Of a DNA stretch of 64,000 bases, positions 26,628 through 38,872 are shown piece by piece; the stretch's first letter is position 1, and each line of letters starts with the position of its first letter. The stretch lies in the NCBI GenBank assembly GCA_903813345.2, contig CAIIXF020000001.1, positions 7,812,001 to 7,876,000 of the forward strand, given 5' to 3'. Made by a program: the position numbers and the translations under genes. The notes under the pieces are model-generated. The model made no database searches. It saw nothing but the letters and a program-made list of their open reading frames with translations, and was not told where the DNA came from. Origin of the DNA: Owenia fusiformis (Eukaryota).

Positions 26628-26961
26628 TTAATCCAAAAATCGGTGAATTCGTACGATCCTTGTATTAATGTCAGGATAAATCTCAATTCACCTCTTGAGG
26701 TAGATTACTTTTTGGATAAATTTTATCCGAATTCCAATGCAAATTGGATATACCTTGGGGATTCCCCCTCGTAATCCTCGGATCGTATGAATTCAACAAA
26801 TATTTATCGGATTAGTAACCCAAGATTCATCCCAAAAGATAAGATTGAAAGATAGATTGGGGAATGATGAATTCACGGCCCCAGATTTTTCTTTGAATGG
26901 TATTTGGTCTTCTGTGCTATGCACTCATTAGTATGTATCCAACAGACTGACTAGAAGTCAT

Positions 26962-28786
26962 TTTTTATGTCCCCACCACATAGTGTGGGGCCATATTGTC
27001 GGCCTAGGCGCGTCCGTCTGTCTGTCCGTACGTCCGTCCGTCTGTCCGTACGTCCGGGAGTTTTCTCCAAAACCGCTACAGATATCACCTTCAAATTTTC
27101 AGGGATAACTTATGAGTGCATACAGATGTGGATGAAAAAATTTTAACTCGATACCTACTTCCTGTCGGCCATTTTGAAGTCAAATGCTAAAATCCTTGTC
27201 TGCAAACTTTAAGAAAAACGGCTTCACAGTTGCTTTTAAAACTTTAACATCTTGTTCAGCTCACTTCATTCTAGATCTGATTAGGTTTTGGACCTGTTAG
27301 CTCAGTCATGTCAGCCATTTTGAATGTCTTAAGAAAAGTTAGCGCACGGTAATACTTTGTATCATATTGAATGGTGTTTTTGAGTTTTCATACTTTAACT
27401 ATTTAGTAGCTTTATAAATAATTTCAGATGTACTTTGTTGTAAAAGCCTATGTAATTGTTAACAGTAGTTATATGTGATAATTTTGTAAGAAGAAAACAG
27501 CAAAAACACATAATCACTTTTTTATTGTCGGCCATTTTGGATTTTTCCGTCCTAAAATCTTGTCTGTGAAGTCTTGTCTACGTGTTTTCAGGTGAACCGT
27601 TTGGTGGATCAATTTCAAATTTTCAGGGATGATTCTTAGTATAAGAATCTAGATCTGATTTGTTTTTTGGCATTCTGGGTAAATGTCAAGGCAGCCATTT
27701 TGGATTTTCCGTCCTAAAATCTTGTCTGTAAAGTCTTGTCTATGCATTTCCAGGTGAACCGTTCTGTAGATCAATTTCAAATTTTTAGGGATGATTCTTA
27801 GTATGAAAATCTAGATCTGATTAGTTTTTTGGCATTCTGGATAAATGTCAAGGCAGCCAATTTGGATTTTCCGTCTTAAAATCTTGCCTGTAAAGTCTTG
27901 TCTACGCGTTTTTAGGTGAACCGTTTGGTAGATCAATTTCAAATTTTCAGGGATGATTCTTAGTGTGAAAATCTACATCTGATTAGTTTTTTGGCATTCT
28001 GTGTAAATGTCATGGCAGCCATTTTGGATTTTCTGTCCTAAAATCTTGTCTGTAAAGTCTTGTCTACGCGTTTTCAGGTGAACCATTTGGTAGATCGATG
28101 TCATATTTTCAGGGATGATTCTTAGTATGAAAATCTAGATCTGATTAGTTTTTTGGCATTCTGGATAAATGTCAAGGCAGCCAATTTGGATTTTCCGTCT
28201 TAAAATCTTGCCTGTAAAGTCTTGTCTACGCGTTTTTAGGTGAACCGTTTGGTAGATCAATTTCAAATTTTTAGGGATGATTCTTAGTATGAAAATCTAG
28301 ATCTGATTAGTTTTTTGGCATTCTGGATAAATGTCAAGGCAGCCAATTTGGATTTTCCGTCTTAAAATCTTGCCTGTAAAGTCTTGTCTACGCGTTTTTA
28401 GGTGAACCGTTTGGTAGATCAATTTCAAATTTTCAGGGATGATTCTTAGTGTGAAAATCTACATCTGATTAGTTTTTTGACATTCTGGGTAAATGTCAAG
28501 GCAGCCATTTTGGATTTTCCATCCTAAAATCTTGTCTGTAAAGTCTTGTTTACATGTTTTCTAGTTAACTGTGTCACGGATCAATTAACAATTTTCAGGG
28601 GTGGTTCTTAGTTTGAAAATCTAGAACTGACTAAATTTTTGGCATTCTGGGTAAATTTTAAGGTGGCCATTTTTGATTTTCCGTCCTCAAATTGTGTTGG
28701 TAAAGTCTTGTCTACTCATTTTCAGGATAACCATTTCATGGGATCACCCATTGGTGGGGACATTTTGTACACATTTGTGTTCTTGT
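26962..28786 (-). mobile_element. Same HINE-like family, copy 2 (inverted), about 7-8 units of 162 bp
   Basis: Reverse complement of 4268-5759 end to end (TATGTCCCCACCACA ... ACATTTGTGTTCTTGT). CTTGTCTGTAAAGTCTTG-like motif recurs every 162 bp from ~27560 to ~28530. Confidence 0.8.
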
Positions 28787-28922
28787 ATTGTATTTGTCTA
28801 TTTTCTAGACTCCAGGGATATACTGTTATTTTATTTTCAGGTAGTGTGTATAACTATTGGAAACATAATGTAAAGCAACAGAATGGATAAATACTGTAGA
28901 TAGACAACTCAGAAGAAGTAAT

Positions 28923-31900
28923 ATGTCTTCCTTTACCAACACACGCAGCCTTGTGGCACTTTGTTCCCTTGCAAACTTCATCAATGCAGCGGATAGAGTT
29001 ATCATGCCTATAGCTATTATACAGATGACAGATGAGTACAAATGGGATCTCCATGGACAGGGCTGGGTCTTGAGCTCATTTGCCATTGGATACATGAGTA
29101 GTCAGGTAAGAGGAGAGAGGGTATTTAAAGAGACAGTCTACCAGAGATATGAAGCAGGCCCGTAGCCAGGGGGGTTTGATGGGTTCGAGCGAACTCCCCC
29201 CCCCCCTGGCCAAAGAAATCTGCAGTTTTTCACTATTCTGAGCACTTTTTTTAGTGATTTTGGTCATTTTTGGACCAAAATTGTCACAAGTGAACTCCCC
29301 CTGGAATTTTTCAAAAGTGAACCCCCCTTGGCAAATCCTGACTACGGGCCTGGAAGTAAAAGTGATCTGTGGTACTTTATGTCCTGAGTTTCAACATCAA
29401 GCTCAAGTTCTGCAGAATAAGATAGTGAACATAATAATCTTCTCGGGCTATGGAAGACTAGAGGTCCAATACTTTTATGAACATTGTTCAAGATTATTAG
29501 ATCCCTCGCAAACTACGACTACTATATGTTATGGCTAAAATTTAATGATAATTTAGATCATGGGGGTTTATATTGTAAACTGTCTGTTGCAATTTAAAAT
29601 CTTTTGAATAACCCAAGATGTACTGATTCTGGATCTTGATATCTGAGTATAATACTGTATAGTGTATTTTGATAATTCTAATTGTCGAAACAAAATATGA
29701 AATATCAAAATGTTGCAAACAGTTATTTTAAAATATATACATAATAATTAAAACATCTGCGACTGCATCATAATGTTAACTTTGTTGCTTCAGGTGATAG
29801 GAGGAAGTCATGCGCAGAAGTACGGAGGCAAATCTATCCTGGCATTGGCCGTCTTCATGTGGTCATTGTCTACATTCATCACTCCACTCTTTGCCCATTC
29901 AATATATGCCTTGATATTTCTCCGGGTGATATTAGGCGTTGGGGAGGGATTAGGTGAGTACGATAACAGTTCAGACATTTTTATATGTGTACTAAGTACA
30001 GGATGTTTCATATGTATGCACCCCGTACCCCCCCCCCTCTAAACTCATACATGTAGCATTGCCACCCTATCATGTTATATATCATTTTGTTCCTCAGGAA
30101 AAGTTACATGAGATTGATTGAAAATGAAGGAGTGTCCCTGAAAAAAGAAAGTGTATCAAAGTACAAATTGTATAAAAAGCAGCCATTCATTTCATTTGCC
30201 TCTCGGGACAATAATGTGCCAAAAATTAAGATTTAATAAAAGCTTTTTGATTTGCTGTATGTCTTTTCTATGGATCGAAGAAACTTTCTGGAGCACTCAG
30301 TTTTAGGGGCATAATTCAGACTCAGTTGCAGGGTCATGTGTCAATATATTTTTCAGGGTTACCTACCATATTTCACATATTTGCTCACACCATTCCTGTA
30401 GAGGAAAGATCTCGTGCATTCGGTCTCAGTTGCAGGGTCATGTGTCAATATATTTTTCAGGATTACCTACCATATTTCACATATTTGCTCACACCATTCC
30501 TGTAGAGGAAAGATCTCGTGCATTCGGTTATCTGGTTGCTGCAGGTTCCATAGGACAGACAGCAGCAGCCTTGGTTAGTAAAATAGTCATTTAGAACTGA
30601 ATACACGTCCACTAGTCTTTCGAGTAATTTAAATATTACTGCTCATGAGAATAGAAGTGGAGACAGAGCAATTTTTCCATGAACAAACATTACCAAATGA
30701 ATATCGACATACTCTTTCTAAATATTGGATGTAATACTTATTAATCAATTAAAAGGGACAATATGCTCACTTTCTGAGTTTTAATCAAATGCTCTATTTT
30801 GATAAATAATGAACTCTAAAATGTAAAATCTCAATAACTACAAAATGTTTTTGCGTAGCAGGATTAAGCCTTTCTAAATTTGGTCATAAGTGTTACTTTC
30901 TAATATTCGAAAGGCTGCACTGATATATTTTGCAACCTTGGTGCACATGTTTTTCCCCATTCTATGCGTCATTTATGCTAACATTTGCACAGGATTATTG
31001 ATGGTGACATATTGCGTTACTTCAACCCTTTTCTTCCTTTCAGATTTGCCCCCATTTACCATGGAGATGGACATTTTATCTATTTGGGTCTCTGGGGTTT
31101 GTGTGGGTGCTACTATGGATGGTGATTTACACAGAGGTTCGGCGAACACCCGATGAGGAGGAATTTATACAACCACCTAAGGTAAAGATGTAATTTTAAT
31201 GAGCCCCCTTGGACGAGGATGGCATTTATCGAGCCACCTAGGGCTGACATTTAATGAGGTACCTTGGTCAAGGCTTGCACTTACTGAGGTACCTTGGTCA
31301 AAGCTGACATTGATTGAGGCAACTTGGTCAATGTTGACATTGATTGAGGCACCTTGATCTAGGCTGACATTTATTGATGGACCTTAGTCAAAGTTGACAT
31401 TTATTGAGGCATCTTGGTCAAAGCTGACATTAATTTAGGCACCTTGATCAAGGTTGACATTTATTGAGGCACCTTGGTCAAAATTGGCATTTGATGAGGC
31501 ACCTTAGTCAAGGCTGACATTAAATGAGGCGCCTTTGTTCATGCTGGCATTTATTGAGGGACTTTGTTGTTGGCATCTATTGAGGCACCTTGGTTAAGGC
31601 TGACATTACTTGAGGCACATTGGTCAAGGCTGGGATTTCTTCAGGAACCTTGGTCAAGGCTGATATTTATTGAGGAAGCTTAATCAATCCTGTTTTTTAT
31701 TGAGGGACCGTGGTCATGACTGGGATTTATTGATCCACCTACCACCTATGCCAAGGACTCAAGGTTAGCATTTATTCAACCTTTTAGTGTAAGGTAAAAT
31801 CTGCATTGCACCAGTTGCAGTTAAAATTTCCTTTTGTGAATTATTAATTTAAGGCATTTTTTATTTTCAGGTAACAAACAGCAATGTGCGGTGGATTGAG

Positions 31901-33531
31901 TTTGTAGCCCACTGGCCACTATGGGCCATGTATGTAGCTCATTTTAGTATGAACTGGTCTAACTATATAATCATGCAGTGGCTACCTACATATTTAGCAA
32001 GGAATCTAGGAGCAGAGAAACATGACATTATGTTCACAGCAGTGCCTTATATAATGAATTCTTTAGTTGGGATGGGTATGTGTTGTTCTTTTCAATTGTT
32101 TTGAGCAACAGTGATACCACTGTATCATCATTCTCAGTTAAATTCTGTTACGCCCCAAATTTTCTAAAATGAGTACCTCTGAATGTAAATTCTTTTTTCA
32201 GTTCCATTTTATGTTCCAATGACTCAAGTGTTTTCAAAACCTTTAATTTAAACAAATCTTAATATGAACACTTTTAGACAAGGTTTACTCTAAATTTTAT
32301 TCACAATGAGCTGGGACTCATTGTCAGATGATGACTTCCATTCCTTTGCCTCAGGTTATTCAGTTTAATGTTTGAATGAACGGAAAAACTAATATATACT
32401 GAAAAGCTGATGATCTTTTTTTTCAGCGGCAGGGCATTTTGCTGATGCCCTGGTGTCTAAAAAATGGACAGTATTATCTGTGAGGCGACTCATGACTAGT
32501 ATAGGCCTCCTAGGGCCAGGATTATTTATTCTATTCTTCAGTGGTGTAAAAAGCCTTGCATGGGCAGTTATGTAAGTAGACCTTTTTTTATCATTTCTTT
32601 AACCTTTTGACTACTTAGAGTGACAAGATTTCTCGTCACCTCAGAAATGACCTTGAAACCCAGAGTGACGAGAAAATCTGTCACAAAAATGTTCACTAAA
32701 ACTGCTCTTATTTGAACAATTTTCATCCAATTTACACAAAAATTGTTTTAAAATATGTAAAAATGATCTCTGTCATCTAATTTTACTAAGTAAGAGCATC
32801 TAAAGTTGTACAGCTATGTAGTAAAATGTCAAAAGGAGGCAAAAATGAAAAATTAGAACCTGGGATTCAAGAGATTAAGTATAGAATGTTAACAGTCTTT
32901 AGACAATTTTTAGTCTGATGTAGACATTGATCCTGAAATATTCCCTTCATTCTAGTCTGTCAGAGCATGACATGAACATTTCCAGAATATACTTTTTTAA
33001 CACAATAAGTATTTAAGCTGCAATCTACACCTTGACTAACGATAAACTATACATGCACATACGTTGTAACATATTATTTTATAAATGTCATACATTGTTA
33101 TTGTTTCAGATTTGTGTCATTATCAATGGGACTAAGTGCGTGCAATTCATCTGGCCATCTCAGTAATCATGCTGATGTAGCACCCACCTATGCTGGCATC
33201 ACATTTGCAGTATCAAATACTTTAGTAAGTTCAGCACTACACTCAATACACAAAGGGCAATATTTGTAGAATAATATTTGCTTGCATTTCCATTATGCCA
33301 TGATCAGTCTGTATAGACCTCTTGTAAGATTTTTATGAATAACAGACTTATTAATTGTATTTATTTCTATTTCAGGCTACAATTCCAGGGATTTTATGTG
33401 GACCTTTGACAGCCGAATTAGTGACTCAGTCTAATGGTAGATGGTTTCCAGTGTTTATCATAGCATCATTAGTGAACTTTGTAGGCGCAATAGTGTACCT
33501 CAGCCAAAGTGCAGCTAGCCAAGTGTTGTGA
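28923..33531 (+). CDS. SLC17 / anion:cation symporter family MFS transporter (SLC17A9/VNUT-like), 8 coding exons, 404 aa
   Basis: Exons: 28923-29105, 29794-29953, 30461-30573, 31044-31181, 31871-32075, 32427-32571, 33110-33224, 33376-33531. GT-AG and in phase; total 1215 nt. Motifs NAADRVIMPIAI, GWVLSSFAIGYMSSQVIGG, RVILGVGEG, IPVEERSRA, WLPTYL, DVAPTYAG and SNTLATIPG are typical of SLC17/ACS. Exact orthologue not determined. Confidence 0.9.
29155..29352. mobile_element. Short GC-rich MITE (hAT-like CAGG...CCTG termini)
   Basis: TIR CAGGCCCGTAGCCAGG / CCTGACTACGGGCCTG. Only a 4-bp flanking repeat (GAAG) is visible, not the 8 bp expected for hAT. Confidence 0.65.
30321..30528 (+). repeat. 104-bp tandem duplication spanning an SLC17 acceptor and partial exon
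   Basis: 30321-30424 and 30425-30528 are identical except for one G/A (30358 vs 30462). Confidence 0.95.
31200..31745 (+). repeat. 30-bp minisatellite in an SLC17 intron
   Basis: Unit GAGGCACCTTGGTCAAGGCTGACATTTATT, roughly 17-18 diverged copies. Confidence 0.9.
32603..32874. mobile_element. piggyBac-like MITE (degenerate)
   Basis: TTAA-CCTTTTGACT ... ATTCAAGAGA-TTAA, with internal AGAGTGACRAGA repeats. Confidence 0.4.
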
Positions 33532-35932
33532 GACACCATTTGTTTTGAGACACCTGCTCATGGGTGATACCTTTAGTGTAGAACTCTAATGTTGCATGTG
33601 ATGAATAGCTTTGCCTGTAGGAATGTAAGCAGACTTGCCATAATTTTTTTGTTCAGTGCAAGAACTATTCATGAAATAAGTGAACTATTATTTCGTGTTC
33701 AAGCCTTTTCTATTAGGGTTGATCAACTGGTCATTAAATGCCTAAAATCCATTAATGAAACATTGCTCTACACATCACCAGATTATAAACCCACCTATTA
33801 GACAATGATGTCTTGTTTTAATGTCATCTTATCATGGTGCATTGCTAAATGGTGCATAGCTAAAAATACAACTGAGAAATATTGTCTAAGATTTGACAAG
33901 AACTACTTGAGTAAAAAAAAAAACACAATTGAGAAATATTCAAGAATTACTCAAGTAACCCCACCAGGAGCCTAATCATGTCATTTTGAAATATTTTCAA
34001 CTGAAAATGCAGAAGATCTATATCATTCAATGCAACCTGGATTATTTATTCTATCTGGTACACCTGTGCATTTACTTGGATGTTAACACAGTTACTAATC
34101 AGACCTTATCGCGCCATGAGGATTTTTGGATATTGGGTCTATATAGGTACTCAGTTTTGAAAAATATGAGGATTTTTGGATATACACTGAGCTGGTCATA
34201 CCACTGAGTTCGCAAATACATGTAGCCCTTTGCATGGATTATGATGCAAACTAGTAAACTCAAAGTGATGTCAGGTCTGGTTAGTACCTGTGACTTCTGT
34301 ATCTGTTATTCATTGTACACATTACACATTACCTTGTAACATGTTGTTGTCCAGGTATGTGCTCCAGAAATATTATGTTTTACCTGAGGTATGTCAAAGG
34401 ATTAAAGAGATACGGGAACATGCCTATCTAGCTATCTTTTATTGATGGGTAACTTATAGCAGAGAAACCTAAAACTATGTCTACAGGCATGGTCCTCATT
34501 TTAAAAAGCAGGGTCTTCAAAATGCATAATTGTTCTATTAACTAGGATATTGAGTGTTATTCATTATGTAATATCTTCAAAATAATCCTATCAATACATA
34601 TGTGTACATAGAACAGATAGAATGAATCACATGAAAATTCAGTATTACTGTCAATGGGTCTTCCAACATTGAGAGTAGACTTGCCATTGCTTTTGAGGAA
34701 TTTTTCTGATTGATTTAATTATCTTTATTTCTTATATTTGTAAATATATTGAGGTCCTTCTAGTCTTATTTTTGAATAATGAGGAAAGAACAAACTTCTA
34801 TCACCATATTTGTGTTAGGGATTAGGTAAAAGCGCTGATGTTTGAAAAATAAAAAAATATTGTATAAAGGAGGGGGTAAAAGTAAGTACGGAGAAGTGGG
34901 TTATAAAAATTTGATCGACATCAATATTTTTCCCTTATCTAAATAAATATTTTTATATTCATGCAGTTCTTGATTGCAGTTTCAAATTTTATTTCATTTT
35001 TATAATTAGAGAGCACAAAGGGAAACATAGACTTGTTAAATTAGAATTGTACATAAAAGGGATCAATCCGCCAGTACAGTGCTTTAAATATCACCATAAG
35101 TATAGCATGTCATGCAGAGTATTTTTATATTCTACAAAGTGTTAAAATTGTTCCAATCATTTTTCTTGCTCTTGCTGTAATTATCTGTATAAAGCAAAAC
35201 CTGTTTTATTGAACCCCTGTCTTTAGTGGACACCCTCCCTCTGCACATACATGTACTCAACTGACTTCTGTATAAATTACCCTCTCTGTAGTGAAAACCT
35301 ACCTAAAATGTTCAATATACACAGGTTTTACTGATATACTATGTATAGCATTTATTACTAAAACAGGGACTAATCTCTTCAAGGTCAACATACGTAAAAG
35401 AGATTGAAATGTGACAAACTTCACAAGGTTTGTATCTTCATAAAGCATGAAGTTACTGTGAAAATTTCAAGAAATTTTGACACGTTTGTCTGGATTATTT
35501 AATCATACCACCATATTTTGTATTTATTTATTGTCCTAAAATTTAAGTGCCAAAATTACAACTTGAATTTACACTTTGTATTTATAATGTGTTTCGAGTT
35601 AAAGAATTGAATTTAATGGCTATTTTTCAAATGTTTTTCATATTTATCCTAGTAAGGATCCTTAGCAAGGGATATACATTAGTAGAAAAATGTATGACAT
35701 TTAACTGATTGAATAACCCAGTGAAAATGATGAAAATAAAGAAATGCTGTGAATTCAAAATAAAATGGTAAATTAAGAAATGAAAAATAATTTCAGCTCT
35801 ATGATTTATATCCTTATGTTTGGTAGAAATATTGAATTCCAAATATTCAACTTTTATCAGACATGACCTCTTTAATAATTCTCATTCTGTTACTACCTGT
35901 ACTATACTGCCACTTTTTCATAATCATATGAT

Positions 35933-36569
35933 CACTGGTCAGTATCAAGCGAAGGTAACAGCCGTAACCTTCACATCTAAGATGGCAGATGGTAATTGTC
36001 GATTTTGAAATTTTAGTTTTCATCGAATTAAACTACTTTATAGTTGACATTATGCTTTGATATTTGAACCAAATCAGGCTTATATGACATGGGAACTCTC
36101 GAGTATGATAATTTGTTCATATATTGTGCGAAGGCAGCACAGTTCAACAATATCCTCTACGGCTTAAAGGAAGGTAACTGGAAATGTATGATACGGTAAC
36201 GGTCATGTTAGTTTTCAATACGCGGAAACTGGACATCTTTGCTCTCAATTATAAACTCTCATAACGTTATCGCATCACCGCATATCAGTTATCATCTGTA
36301 AAACTAAAGTCCCAGTTACCTTCCCTTAAGCGGTGGAAGATATCATTGAAATGTGGTGCCTATGCATGGTATATGAACAAACAATCATACTCCAAGGTTT
36401 CCATGTCATATAAGTTGGATTTAGCTCAAATATCAAAGCATTACGTCAACTATAACATAACATAACAGTTTAATTCGATGAAAACTAAAAATATCGAAAT
36501 CAACAATTAACATCCATCATCTTTGATGTGAAGGTTACGGCCGTTAGCTTCACTTGATAATGACACATG
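35933..36569. mobile_element. Palindromic MITE, CACTGGTC left terminus, 5-bp TSD (Transib-like)
   Basis: Inverted arms of roughly 250-300 bp (GTCAGTATCAAGCGAAGGTAACAGCCGTAACCTTCACATC / GATGTGAAGGTTACGGCCGTTAGCTTCACTTGATAATGAC). ATGAT is duplicated at 35928-35932 and 36570-36574. Right terminus is degenerate (GACACATG). Confidence 0.7.
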
Positions 36570-38663
36570 ATGATAAGACCAAAAATATGAATTTTACACA
36601 AATCTAAGAGTATTACATGATGCTGTAACTGTTATGTTAAATGTTTATGTAAAGTGCAATTCTGTTTAAAATATGGACAAATAAAACAAAATCTGAATAA
36701 TATTGTTCTTCTGTTCTTTCATTGTTTCATCTATTACTAATCTATGATAATTCCATGGATCGTTGTATATTATATCTATACAATACATCAAAGTACATGT
36801 AATACATGACTTGTATTTCATAAGATTTTTAAAGTTGACATGACAACAATTAAATTTTTAAAATTCGCTTATTTATTTCCAACATTCATGTATAAGACAT
36901 CATCAAACATGACAAATTCACCTAAGGCGTAAGGTTGATGTATGGAAATTCTTTACCACAAATCTGTATCCAATTTATTGCTTTAAAAACAAATATTTTG
37001 AGAATTTGGTCATTATTTAAATTTTTTTTATTCCTCTTGCTTGATCCAATATAGATATAAACTCTGCATAAAGTGAATTTTATCCCACCCTCTCGTGCCT
37101 CCAATGTGTTTTGACCTTATCGTAAACAGAAATTTTGAGTTCATTGGCCTAATTCATTTGTGTTCAAACTTCTGTTCATTGAAAATCTGTAAAATTGAAT
37201 GAGTCCTGAATGAACGAGCATAAACCTCTTAAAGTAAAATTAGAAACTAATTTCACAAGAAAGAATTTTGTACACAGTACAAATATCAGAGAGAAACTTC
37301 TTTATCAAAACAAACACTTAGACATAGACTCCTAAAAACCGCCTTATTCAGTACATTTTTGTCTCCATACTCCTTATGCCTATTTTCAGAAAGAAAAGCC
37401 TTCATTAAACCTTTGATTTTTCCCATTAAGTTACATCCTTCTTCAAACAATCATGAAATTCTAATGTTCACCAAAATCACACTCTCAGTTTCAAAGTTCC
37501 CTAGTGTTGAGCTCATCTTCCTAGCAGTAAGTAAGGGAGATGTCTATGTCGATAATCTACAAAAGGCTAATAAGCCAATTCAAATAATTCAACCAGTGTT
37601 CACCAAAGCACAACAACTATAACATATTCATCTTGGTAACAAAAATAGAAATGCCAACTATACAAGTTCAACTCTCAATAATACAATTCTCAATATAATC
37701 ATGGTTCATAAATGAATAAAAAATATTAGAAATACATATTCAAATGAAGCATTTTCAATATTATGCAAATTAGGCATTCAATGTATAAATATGTATTAAT
37801 ATAATATACATTATTATGTTTTAGATAAAATCAAAATTTAAATTGCAACATTAGAAGTGAAGCATGTAATAGAGAAGCATACACTGTATATATGCATTAT
37901 AATACCAAATATTCATGTACAAATCAAGGATGGCCTATTCAAATAAATAAATTTCAAAGATGGTTAATTGAGATACTCCAATTGTTTGCAAACAACAGAA
38001 CTACATACTCAATATGCTTACTCATGAGCTTACTCAATGAGAGGTCCTTAATAGAGATTTATTGTGCACATGCTAGTCATGCCATACTATCTCCAAGACT
38101 GTATTTTATATTCCAATGCTCATGTTTATGTTAACTTTGAAAAAATCATGTAACAATGTTCTCTGTCATTCTAGTCCCTAAATCCACTCAAATACATAAA
38201 GAGAAACAAGGGTGAATGTTGAATAGCTACTCCTTTCCTACTCTACATCAGTGGAGTAATGAATTAAAACTCTTGAGTAAGTTCCCGCTGAACTAAAATT
38301 CATGTCAGGATCCATGCTATTAGGCTTGTAGGCCTATACAAATTAATTGTTTGTTTAGCAATGCGTTCCAAAATTTCCCTGTTTAATCATTTTTTTAATT
38401 AAAAAATTTTTAGGGCTTTTATTTCATTTTGACATATCTTGAAAATTTTGAGAAAAATTTGAGAATACTGTGCATTCTGTACATTACTTGTCCACCAGCT
38501 CATTTTCAAAACTAATCTCTGCTAAACTGACACATAATCCATAGGGGCCTTACAGTAATGTTGCAATGTTTTAAATTCAACTGGATACTGTATCGCTTCA
38601 TGAACTGTCTAAAGATCAATCTATTTGCTTCATAAATCCTCAGTACAGACTTTATGGTATATG

Positions 38664-38721
38664 CAGTAAAACCTGTCTTAGTGAACACCTCTCTCTAGTG
38701 AACTGTAAACAGGTTTTACTG
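38664..38721. mobile_element. Internally deleted Tc1/mariner(Tigger)-like MITE; longer relative at ~35192-35333
   Basis: CAGTAAAACCTGT ... ACAGGTTTTACTG TIR. The same ends and a TAGTGRACACC internal motif occur at 35192-35333. Confidence 0.55.
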
Positions 38722-38872
38722 TAGTTATTGCTAGAATTGCTACACCAACTGTTTTATCTAACTGGGATATCACTATATGGTTTAACTGGGACGTCATTAT
38801 TCCAATCCTAATTGCTGCCATAATTTCCTCTATTTAAATACATTTGCTATTTTCATCTGCATCTTTCCTATG

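Noticed and set aside
28826-29095. Minus-strand ORFs overlapping SLC17 exons (also 29808-30011)
   Set aside because: Antisense shadows of real coding exons.
31200-31745. 30-bp array as a CRISPR array or coding repeat exon
   Set aside because: No spacers; in-frame stops; the flanking exons splice in phase without it.
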